Below, in pieces: positions 15,666-25,000 of a stretch of DNA of 44,240 bases (positions within the stretch are counted from its first letter, which is position 1; each line of letters begins with the position of its first letter). The notes beneath the pieces were generated by a model. The model worked only from the letters and a program-made list of their open reading frames with translations, did no database searches and was not told the origin of the DNA. Source of the DNA: a virus; the IMG/VR virus record IMGVR_UViG_3300044560_000016; one strand, written 5' to 3'. A program made the position numbers and the translations under genes.

Positions 15666-16528
15666 TAGCCGATCAAGAAGAAAGCCCGAACGCCAAACCA
15701 GGTATTGGATGCGCCATCCCAGGTATCATCGCCATAGGAGCTCGCATACGCAAACCCAGCCGAAGAATGGATATCTCTAAGCCAGATAGTACCACGATTG
15801 AAATTACGTTCTGTATCATTCATTCTCATAATAGGCAATTGACTATTATCATCACCAACGTTGCACCATGCGTTGTTCTTGTTGTTACCGTTTAGAGTAG
15901 TACCATAGATCATTACTTCTGTAGGAATCATAACCTTCATATCGCGCCATTCACCTTGGTCAGGTGCACCGGAATCATCAACATGAGTAGATACAATGCC
16001 TCTCCATTGCATTAAATGAGAACCAAAATCGCTCTCTAATTTTTGCTGAATTTGAGGCAAATAAATCTTATAAAGTTTAGTATTAGCAAAGCCTCCTTCG
16101 GTGGTGTCGGTGTCATTCATGTAATGAGTGTCCTTACCATTGGGGGCTAAAGTTTGAGTAGGTGTTTTAGACCAATCTTGAGGCATAAGAACTAGATGAT
16201 TACCTAAAGAAATGTTGTCTCCGTGGCCTTTCTTATAGTTGATACCGGCAATGACATAATTAGATCCATTAATGCTGAAGTAATCACCGATAAACATATC
16301 CTTAAAGCTACCATTTTGGATATTTGCGATATGGGTAGCCGTCAAATTACCTAAATTTTGTCCTCTAAAGATGCTGTTATGAGTTGCAGCACCGTCAGGG
16401 ATTAATGAGTAATACAAATCTCTTAATCTTGTTTTGGTTTCACCATTTCCGGTAAAAGTTAAAGCAAAATTTTCATTAGTATCTGGTTTCCAATTTTCAC
16501 TTAAGTCTTGGATTCTTGTAGCTGCCAT
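15665..16528 (-). CDS. DGR target protein: putative distal tail-fibre / receptor-binding protein with a C-terminal variable region (C-type-lectin-like fold inferred)
   Basis: 287-aa ORF directly after the tail-fibre gene; VR at the extreme C-terminus ending in the WFGVRAF motif. Confidence 0.8.
   Translation of the reverse strand: MAATRIQDLSENWKPDTNENFALTFTGNGETKTRLRDLYYSLIPDGAATHNSIFRGQNLGNLTATHIANIQNGSFKDMFIGDYFSINGSNYVIAGINYKKGHGDNISLGNHLVLMPQDWSKTPTQTLAPNGKDTHYMNDTDTTEGGFANTKLYKIYLPQIQQKLESDFGSHLMQWRGIVSTHVDDSGAPDQGEWRDMKVMIPTEVMIYGTTLNGNNKNNAWCNVGDDNSQLPIMRMNDTERNFNRGTIWLRDIHSSAGFAYASSYGDDTWDGASNTWFGVRAFFLIG
15685..15772 (-). repeat. DGR variable repeat (VR) at the C-terminus of the target gene
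   Basis: Encodes IHSSAGFAYASSYGDDTWDGASNTWFGVR, ending 6 codons before the stop. Confidence 0.9.
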
Positions 16529-16549
16529 AATTTAAACTCCTTTTTTGTT

Positions 16550-17740
16550 TTATTTAATTTTTGCTTCTAAAGCTGTCAATCTGCTATTTAAAGATTGAAT
16601 GCTGTTCTTTAAATCTCTAATAGTAGGATTATTCTCAATAGTTGATTGAGTTAAGCCGAGTCTGGATGCCAATTGTCTAATAGCTTGCTCAAACACATCA
16701 GATAAAATCCTAATGGTATCTCCAACCTTTTTAGCATCTGCAGCTTGATTAGATTTATTAAGTTCATTATCAATAAGCACATATTGAGCGTTTGCAATTA
16801 ATTCTCTACCATCATGAATGACTAAAGCATTACCATCATGTGCAACTAAATTAATAGATCTTCTATTAGCAATAATGCCGTTTTCTAATCTAGCTGTTTC
16901 TTCTCTAGCAGTAGCAATATTGTTCTGATTAGTATCAATGCGCTTATTTGAATTTGTGATCCTATCAGCATTAGATTTAGCTAAATTATTAACGTTTCTA
17001 ACAGTAGCCTTAGTTTCAAATGTTTCTCTTAAATTGCGTTCAATGCCATGAATCTCATTTTCAATAGCTTTAAGATTATCTCCCACAACTTTAGCTGGAG
17101 CAGCCTTAGTGCTACTAGTAAGAAAATGATCATATTCAACAATAGGCTTGTTAGCGAATAATTGCTTATTATCATGTGTTACAAGCTGATTACCATCAGC
17201 ATCTTTAAGAGCTACAGTGATATAGCCGTTGCTTAAAGCATTAATGATTTCATCAATATCATGTTCATGTTCTCTGCGCGATTCTAGCCCATCGGGATTG
17301 ATGTTAATCGTTACATGATCAGTATCACCAACCTGAACATAAACCATGATTCTAAATTCAAAACTAGGATCACTTAAAGTCAATCTTTCAGGCTCTTCAG
17401 CCAAAGAAAAAGCGATAGGATAACTTGCATTAATACCATCTTGTCGCCCTTCAATTTGAATACTTTGTAAATCGATATCTCTAGTTAATCCAGTACTTTC
17501 TTGAGTAAAAGACAATTCAATTCCTAGAATTCCTTGATCTGCTAATGATTTATCATCTTTAGCAAAAATAGGGATATGACCAATTGGATTAACGATTGAT
17601 CCTTGATTCATTACATCATTTTCATTAGTTTTGCTTTCACTATAAGAAGCAGATGTAATTTCAAAGGTTCTTCCTCGTACTACTCCTTGAATAATTTGTA
17701 ATCCTTTGGGTAGTAACTTTGTTCTACTGTATTTACTCAT
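16550..17740 (-). CDS. Tail fibre protein with an internal duplication and a C-terminal coiled coil
   Basis: 396 aa; repeated ...DGNxLVxHDxxxLxAN...AAxAKxVGD... segments; follows the baseplate genes. Confidence 0.6.
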   Translation of the reverse strand: MSKYSRTKLLPKGLQIIQGVVRGRTFEITSASYSESKTNENDVMNQGSIVNPIGHIPIFAKDDKSLADQGILGIELSFTQESTGLTRDIDLQSIQIEGRQDGINASYPIAFSLAEEPERLTLSDPSFEFRIMVYVQVGDTDHVTININPDGLESRREHEHDIDEIINALSNGYITVALKDADGNQLVTHDNKQLFANKPIVEYDHFLTSSTKAAPAKVVGDNLKAIENEIHGIERNLRETFETKATVRNVNNLAKSNADRITNSNKRIDTNQNNIATAREETARLENGIIANRRSINLVAHDGNALVIHDGRELIANAQYVLIDNELNKSNQAADAKKVGDTIRILSDVFEQAIRQLASRLGLTQSTIENNPTIRDLKNSIQSLNSRLTALEAKIK

Positions 17741-18411
17741 AAATTCCTCCTTTCTGCTTCAATCGTTTGAACAGTTCTTCCAGTAACCGGTGTAGCAACA
17801 TAAGCGGACGGTTCAATATTTGTCTTACCCCAAATACCACACTGATATAATCGCTTGACAATTGTTGAATCATCTAGCCATTCTGCTTTAGCTACAGTTT
17901 GAGCAACCACGGTACAAGCAGACCCAATGTAAGCGTGAGCTGCTTCAGTTTTAGCCCACAAACGGTAGGTATAGCCCATGTTTGCCGGTAACCATGTATT
18001 TAATTCAAAAATTACCAGTTTTTGTTGTGATTTAGTTAACTCACCAGTCCAAGAAACAACATTCAATACACGCCGTGAATAATCAACACTAACTTCAGCC
18101 GGAATTTTCAAAGATTCAAAAATTTGTTTTAACCGTCTAATGGTAAGTGGTTGTGGTGTCAATGTTCTAGTAAGAACTCTTTGCCTTCTTAGCTCTAAGC
18201 TATCCCCATGTTCAGGCACGATACCGTATTGATCCTCAAATACTAAGATGCCTTTTTCATCAGCTTTAGAAACAAACTGATTAAATAAAGTTCGATTGAG
18301 ATCATCATCAAATTTACTCAATCCTTTGCCTTGAGCTTTTAGCAACTCCTCCATTTCATACACGCCGTTATAGTAATCAGGCATGTAATTGAGAAGTTCA
18401 TCGGTTTTCAT
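17737..18411 (-). CDS. XkdU / P2 gpI-like baseplate-tail protein (DUF2313-like)
   Basis: N-terminal LLNYMPDYYNGVYEMEELLKAQG pattern; position after baseplate J. Confidence 0.55.
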   Translation of the reverse strand: MKTDELLNYMPDYYNGVYEMEELLKAQGKGLSKFDDDLNRTLFNQFVSKADEKGILVFEDQYGIVPEHGDSLELRRQRVLTRTLTPQPLTIRRLKQIFESLKIPAEVSVDYSRRVLNVVSWTGELTKSQQKLVIFELNTWLPANMGYTYRLWAKTEAAHAYIGSACTVVAQTVAKAEWLDDSTIVKRLYQCGIWGKTNIEPSAYVATPVTGRTVQTIEAERRNL

Positions 18412-19552
18412 TAATTACTGTCACCTCCCCCAAAATAGGTAATTGAGATACTTTATTATCAAAAATTAAAGGAATATCTTTATTTTCCCCGTTCAAAATT
18501 GGTAAGTCGGCATTTGCTACACCTTCTATTTGCATAATCTTGGATAGAATCCGAGATCTAAAAATAGTTAATGTATACCCTCTACCAGTCGTGGGGTTAA
18601 TCGTGGCCCAATTTTGCCGTAATTCAATGAAAAATTTTGATAATACATTCTTAATTTGTTGCTCAATATTACTAGTGACATGTTGAGCATCCAAAAGAGC
18701 ATTAATCTGCACATTCACGGTTAATGTTTCTGCGGTGGTTACTGTAACCTGATGATCAATTGGAGCTAAGCCGTATCCTTCGGTAGTTTTATCTTCGGGG
18801 TCAATTTCTTCTTTGACCTTTTTTATCAAAGTCTGACTAGCTGGCATTAGATCATTATTTAAAATTACTAGCTTAACTGTTCCTGGCCCGTCCCACGTTG
18901 GATAAACCTGAGTAGCTCCTACATCATGAATTTTACTGGTCATATCTAAGTAATCTGCAACGTTACCGCCATATGCTACCCAAGAATTGGAATTCAACAA
19001 TCTGGCTCTTAAATGTTCATCATTTTCTTCATCCCTAGCCGGAATAGTGATTTCAATGATCTCTGCCCATGCTAAGTTGTCATTAGGTGTTACCGGCAAA
19101 ACTTGTCCCAAATAACTATTAGCACTTGTTCCGGCTTCTTCGGCTTGCATTTCTGCAGTACCATCATCATTTGCTTTAATTACGGTATAAAAAATAGGTG
19201 ATTCTGCAATACTTGCAAATCTATCACCTACTTCAACGTTTACCGGCTTACCATCATCATCATTAAATCTAGCCTTAACTTCTGTGTTAGTGGCCGCATA
19301 TCGATTAGTACCATGCTCAACCGCTCTATAGTCCAAAAACTCACCTTGAGCAGTTTTAATGTACGTTTCTCGTATGATAGTGGCCAATGATAAAGACTGT
19401 TGAGCACTAACCATAGCTGCAGGAGCTACAGCATCATAAATGATTGAGCCTTCACGTTTATCAATATCATTTGGCACATTATCAAGCATTAAGTTTAGCC
19501 AGTAATCAAAGTTTTGCGCTTCTAACTCATCGGCTAATTCATTAGGATTCAT
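18398..19552 (-). CDS. Baseplate J-like protein (XkdT-like)
   Basis: 384 aa; size and synteny in an Xkd-type baseplate operon. Confidence 0.7.
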   Translation of the reverse strand: MNPNELADELEAQNFDYWLNLMLDNVPNDIDKREGSIIYDAVAPAAMVSAQQSLSLATIIRETYIKTAQGEFLDYRAVEHGTNRYAATNTEVKARFNDDDGKPVNVEVGDRFASIAESPIFYTVIKANDDGTAEMQAEEAGTSANSYLGQVLPVTPNDNLAWAEIIEITIPARDEENDEHLRARLLNSNSWVAYGGNVADYLDMTSKIHDVGATQVYPTWDGPGTVKLVILNNDLMPASQTLIKKVKEEIDPEDKTTEGYGLAPIDHQVTVTTAETLTVNVQINALLDAQHVTSNIEQQIKNVLSKFFIELRQNWATINPTTGRGYTLTIFRSRILSKIMQIEGVANADLPILNGENKDIPLIFDNKVSQLPILGEVTVINENR

Positions 19553-20003
19553 CTACTATATCCACCTCGCTTTCAAATTCAACCCTTCCATAAACTGTAT
19601 TAGCGAAACCTTCTACAGCAATTGAATCACTGCCTGATTGCTCACAATTAGTAATTTCAACACTAGTAATTCGATCATCTGCTTCTAAAGCTTCAATAGT
19701 CATTCTTTCAGCTTCTGATAATGCATAATCAATAGATTCTCCAATTAATTCAGGCAAATCATTACCATATTGTTCATCATAAATTTGATAAACAAATCTT
19801 TCTGTTTTAAGAATCTTGTCTACAGCTTGTTTCATTGCATCAAGTTCATCAGTCATGCTACGAATTCGATCATTAGCAACTTTAAAAGTGTAGGTAGGGC
19901 TTTGGCTATCTTCTTCATCGTCAAGGTCAGCATCATCTAAATATGCATCTTCCATTAATGCACCAACATTAATTTCTTCATCAGAATCCAAAACCGTCTT
20001 CAC
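19542..20003 (-). CDS. XkdS-like baseplate protein (DUF2634-like)
   Basis: 153-aa acidic protein upstream of baseplate J. Confidence 0.45.
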   Translation of the reverse strand: MKTVLDSDEEINVGALMEDAYLDDADLDDEEDSQSPTYTFKVANDRIRSMTDELDAMKQAVDKILKTERFVYQIYDEQYGNDLPELIGESIDYALSEAERMTIEALEADDRITSVEITNCEQSGSDSIAVEGFANTVYGRVEFESEVDIVDES

Positions 20004-20325
20004 CTAGCCTTTCAAATAAATAGAACTGTTGACCACCATCTTCACGGATCATGGTTACCTTGTCGCCAGATTCAAGAGAGTTGTCGATTTCTAGTTCTAT
20101 TTCACCTTTAACTTCATCGTGTTCGTGTTTGGTAACTTTACCCTTAATCTTGAATTTTCCAATGTGCTTGCCAAGAACAATGAAATCATCAGTTAAAACC
20201 ATGTTATTGGATAATTGAACTTTCAAAGGCTTAGGACTAATGACAGTACCATAGACAACATCAGAATAATCGCTTGGTTTACCACCACGCTTTGTCATTA
20301 ACTCATAGAGCCGCTTACCTGCCAT
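19981..20325 (-). CDS. XkdR-like small baseplate/spike protein (DUF2577-like)
   Basis: 114 aa, by synteny. Confidence 0.45.
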   Translation of the reverse strand: MAGKRLYELMTKRGGKPSDYSDVVYGTVISPKPLKVQLSNNMVLTDDFIVLGKHIGKFKIKGKVTKHEHDEVKGEIELEIDNSLESGDKVTMIREDGGQQFYLFERLGEDGFGF

Positions 20326-21365
20326 GATTGACCTACTTTCATCGTTAACTCAACTGTATAATCTTGCCCAAAGTGGTGAGTAGCTTTCAAGATTGGACAG
20401 TTTTTAAATTTCTTTTTGTAATCTTTAATGTTCACTGTTACATAATTACCAGGAACTAAATCAGTACGACCAACGCATGTAATCTTTAGCTCTTTGTTCG
20501 CTCTATTTCGATTTTTAAGCTCATTCTTAGCTTGCTGAATCATCTGGGCATCGTTAGCTTTTTTCTTTGCGTTAACGACTTTTTGGAGCTTACCCCACTG
20601 CTTAGCAGAAGGCATGGTAACAGTCTTTGAAGAAATCGTAGTAGTTTTAGGATCATCTGCACTAGTTTGAGTTTTTGATGTTTTCTTACTCTTTTTACTG
20701 TCCTTTTTAATAACTTTCACAACGTTATAGGTATTATCAATATCAACTGAATAATCATAATCAGTTAATCCAGATTTATCCCCTATAACAATATCAAGTT
20801 TCTTATAAGGGAACTTCCTTAATTCTACGGTATCGTAATTATCATAAATCAAGTAATGCTTATGAGTTGCTTTAGTAGTAGCGCTCATTGCACTTTTGAT
20901 CATGTCAAAATATGTTTTGCCATCATCAACTTCAGCTTTACATTTATGACTTGATCCAGCCACCACTTTTGCTTTAATTCCGGCACGTTTTGAAACTTCT
21001 TTGAATCGTTCGCTTAATGTACCGGCTTTAAATACAATCGAATCTTCATTCTTTAAGTAGCGACTAGGGCCATAGCATTTAACAGTAATGTTGTGATTTT
21101 TATCAAAACCGTACTTAAAAACATAGCCGTAAAACATCTTTTTCTTTTTCCATTTGAAAGAAATGATATCGCCAGTATATGGAATAATAGGTTTTTCCTC
21201 AAAAACCAATTTAAAGTTAAATTCGGTTGCCGAAAAATTAGTGTCTCTAGCTAAAGTAATCGAACCATCAATTACTAAATCGCCAATATCATAACTTACA
21301 CGTTTTTTAGAGTGAGTAAAGTGAGTAGAGCGTCTATATAAAGTCATTTGGATTAAGTCGCTCAT
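20298..21365 (-). CDS. XkdQ / gpD-like baseplate hub protein
   Basis: 355 aa, second gene after the tape measure. Confidence 0.5.
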   Translation of the reverse strand: MSDLIQMTLYRRSTHFTHSKKRVSYDIGDLVIDGSITLARDTNFSATEFNFKLVFEEKPIIPYTGDIISFKWKKKKMFYGYVFKYGFDKNHNITVKCYGPSRYLKNEDSIVFKAGTLSERFKEVSKRAGIKAKVVAGSSHKCKAEVDDGKTYFDMIKSAMSATTKATHKHYLIYDNYDTVELRKFPYKKLDIVIGDKSGLTDYDYSVDIDNTYNVVKVIKKDSKKSKKTSKTQTSADDPKTTTISSKTVTMPSAKQWGKLQKVVNAKKKANDAQMIQQAKNELKNRNRANKELKITCVGRTDLVPGNYVTVNIKDYKKKFKNCPILKATHHFGQDYTVELTMKVGQSWQVSGSMS

Positions 21366-22063
21366 GATCTTTTTACCTCACTCATTTTTACCCAGCCACG
21401 AGCTTTCCCGTTAATTCCCACACAAACCGGATATTTGCGACCAGGAATAATGTATAAAACTTCGCGTTTAGCATTCTTTTCATACATTCCTGTCCCTCTA
21501 CCATAACTATCAGCATGTAAACGGCCATTTACAGATACAGTTGAACCAACACTAATTTTTCCAGCCGGATTAGATCGTTTCTTGCCTTTCTTAGATCTGC
21601 CACGTTTTTTAGGATTCTTCTTTTTCTCATAACTAAATTTACGATATTGTTTTAATTCTAAAGTGTAGGCATATTCATCAGCCCAGCCATTCTCTAAACC
21701 ATATTCAAAACTAGCAATAGTCATTAGCATTGAAATATCAGTCTTAGTGACTACGAATCTAACCTTATGATTCTTACTTTGAATCTTCTTGATTTTCTTA
21801 ACGTAAGTTGCTTGCTTGTGTGGCGTTTTAGTCGCAACATAGCGAGCGCCTACAGTTGGAAAAACGGAATTAATTGATACACCTACTAGCTTTAATTTAC
21901 CAGGGATATTTACTTCACCCAAATTAACAACGGTTTCAGAATGATCATCTGTTTCATACTTGAGTTTTACATCACTAGGATTAACTGGTATTTGTAAATT
22001 TTCTCCAGTTGTTTGATCTTTGATATAAAATTCCATGCCACTTCTATCAGGCATAATCATCAC
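21362..22063 (-). CDS. XkdP-position tail protein with a C-terminal SH3-like domain
   Basis: 233 aa; lysine-rich linker then GSTVSVNGRLHADSYG...GWVKMSEVK. Confidence 0.45.
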   Translation of the reverse strand: MMIMPDRSGMEFYIKDQTTGENLQIPVNPSDVKLKYETDDHSETVVNLGEVNIPGKLKLVGVSINSVFPTVGARYVATKTPHKQATYVKKIKKIQSKNHKVRFVVTKTDISMLMTIASFEYGLENGWADEYAYTLELKQYRKFSYEKKKNPKKRGRSKKGKKRSNPAGKISVGSTVSVNGRLHADSYGRGTGMYEKNAKREVLYIIPGRKYPVCVGINGKARGWVKMSEVKRS

Positions 22064-22066
22064 TTC

Positions 22067-25000
22067 CTAACTTAATGATTTATCAGCTTGTTCCATAATT
22101 TTTTCTTCAAGCTTATCAAGTAATGCATCAGCATCTTCTTCAGGATTACCAGAACTGTTAATAGTGATAGCACCAGATTGAATAGTTACAGATTGATTAT
22201 TATTAGTGTTAGCAGTAGAAGAGTTTGAAGATAAAACTGAAGCAGGTGTAATAGCATTTGATCCTGTTCCTAAATTGGATCCATCAATACTTTTTTCATT
22301 GAAGTTCTGATTACCAGTGATTGAACTTAAAATACCAACATTAGCCGTTTTTCCATTTAAGCCAGTGATTGCACTGACAAGGTCATAAATACTATCCTTA
22401 GCTCTATTAAAGCCATCAGCTAATAAATCTCCTGTATTAAATTGATCCATTTCAGGAGCACCAATAACTGGATGCATTCCACTAGCGGCATCAACTACAC
22501 CTTGTGCCATATTAGCAGAAGCATCAGCTGCGGCACCGGCATCTTTGTTAAGACCAATAATTAAACCTTGATCAACCCATCTACCATATTGCCTAAACAA
22601 TCTTGATGGTGAACCAATATGAAGCAAGCCTTTAGCGGCACTTACTACACTACTTGCAACTTTACTTACAGCACTAACAGCGGCACCAATCATTGAGGTA
22701 ATACCGTTAATCAAACCTTGGATTAAGTCACGACCTACACCAACTAAGGCACCAGCAAAACCTCTAGCAGCACTAACAGCGGCTTGAATACCGCTTGAAA
22801 CTGCAGATACAACTCTACTCATTGCACTGGTAATAGCAGACACCATCATAGAGCCAGCCATAATGAACATTGAGACCATAGTCATTACAGCGGTACCAAC
22901 TGCTACAATTGCGGCTGCTGTCATCATTGCTGCAGCAGCTACAGCGGCTAATCCTGCTGCTAACATCATAGAAGCAGAAGCTAACAGCATTAAACCAACT
23001 GCGGCTACCATTGCCATTGGCCCAACTAAAATTAATGCCATTGATAACATGAGCATTCCAACTGCGGCAATCATTGCCATAGGTGCAATCATTACCATGG
23101 CTACTGCAAGCAGCATCATACCTACTGCGGCAATTAATGTCATAGGTGCAATCATCACCATAGCCACAGCCATTATCATTAGACCTGCTCCAGCTACTAA
23201 AGACATTGCCGCAATTAAAGTTAAGGCAACGCCAAATAGTAATGCACCTACAGCGGCTATCATCAATCCTGCAGCTAAAACAATTAAGCCAGCACCTAAT
23301 ACAACTACACCTACTGCGGCAACTAAGGCACCAACACCGAACACTGCAATTGCTCCAGCTAAAGCAAGTAATCCAACAGCGGCACTAAGACCATATTGAG
23401 AAATAATTGGCAACTGAGTTGCTAACATTGTAATTCCAGCAGATGCCACAAAAATAGCAGCACCAATAATTAAAAGTGCTGCGGCAAACATCAAGAATCC
23501 TGCTGAAGCCCCTATCATTGCAGGGCCTAATAATCTAACTACAACAGCTAATGCAGCAATAGCGGCTACCATTCCAAAGAAAGTAGCAATTGTAGCACCG
23601 CCACCACTAGCTAATTGTGTTGCAGCATCTGCTAAGAGCTTAAATCCAGCGGCAGCTAATACAACAGCACCACCAACCATTAGTAAAGCGGCACCTAATT
23701 TAAGATAGGCACCAGCGCTTTGAGCAATGCCACCAGCTTGAGGAACTTCAGGAGTAGCCATCTTTGGTGCTCTTATACCTTTGATACTACTGAAAGCATC
23801 GTGGATTCCTTTTAGCATTTGAAATCCTTTGCGTGCCGCTTTCAAAATTACAAAAGCATAGGCCATTTTAGTTAATGCACTAGCAATTCCTTCAATAGTT
23901 CCAGGACTTAAGTTATTGAGCTGTTGTAATCCTTTAACGATGGCCATTATTGCAATTCCTTTAAGTCCACCTTTTAGAACAATGAATGCTCTAGCAAGTG
24001 ACATCAAAGAATTTGGATCAATTTGTCCTATGGCTTGTGCTATACCGGAAATAGCTTTAGCTACACTGCTAAGAGCTCCACCAGTTAAACTTCCTAGTTG
24101 TTTAAAAAAGCTTCCACCACCATTACCTTCATTAAGAGTATTAGTTACATCCAGAACTGCATCAGCAATATCTTTAAGCATATTTATTAAAGAATCTCCA
24201 ACGCCGGAACTTGAAAGACCTTCAAAGAAATCTGATAAACCTAACTGTAATCGTTCAAATATAGGTTGAATATAATTAATAGCATTAACTAAGCCATCAC
24301 CCATTGCATCCCAATTAAAATTAGATATTTTATCAGTTAATCCAGAAACAACATTAATTCCGATTTTACTCAGTTTTTGATATTGATCTATTACTCCATT
24401 GGCTAATGTTTCTTTCAAGCCATCCATGGCTTGCCCAACAGTTTTGTACTGAGTAGCCATTTTAGAGAAGTTAGCATTGGTACCAGTTTTAGCAACAGCG
24501 TTTAAGAAATCCTGAGTTTTAACCTTACCGTCCTGAATATCTTTAATCAGTCCTGTTAAGTTAGTATGCATGGTTTTAGCAACAGCAGACATTCCGGCCG
24601 GTGTTTGTTCTAGCATTAGTTTAAAATCTTGCCATTGAACTTTAGGCTTAGCTGCCATTTGTGTGGCTTGTTCACTTAAAGTTTTCATGGCTTGTTGAGG
24701 ATCATTAGCTGCAGAAGCTAATCCACCAAAACCTTTAACCAATTGAGCAGTATTCTTAGTGCCAACTGCGGCTAATTGAGCATAGGTACTAGACATATCA
24801 GAAGCACTGTAAATTGTTTGTTGTGCAAACTTCTGCATATCTGATTTAGCTCTAGCAATTTGAGTATTAGATGCACCAATTTGACGCATATTTCCTTCAA
24901 ATGTTTGCCATGAAGTTGATGCTTCATTAAGTTCACCTAGCATTGAACTAATACCAGATCTGGCTAAGTCCATGCCTTTACTAATTAAGTTACCAACTAC

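Larger units (their letters stand above)
13731..16528 (-). mobile_element. Diversity-generating retroelement cassette: target(VR)-hairpin-avd-TR-spacer-RT
   Basis: See the component features below; gene order is as in Bordetella phage BPP-1. Confidence 0.9.

Noticed and set aside
15589-15895. Two plus-strand ORFs (15589..15780 and 15593..15895) overlapping the VR, the hairpin and the target 3' end
   Set aside because: They are antisense to a well-supported gene and have no ribosome-binding site. They exist only because the VR region is G+C-rich and stop-poor, and their products are low-complexity Arg/Pro/His strings.
22863-24269. Plus-strand ORFs 22863..23399, 23206..23388 and 23916..24269
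   Set aside because: They are antisense to the tape measure gene. They arise from its GCN-rich periodic repeats and have low-complexity products with no start context.
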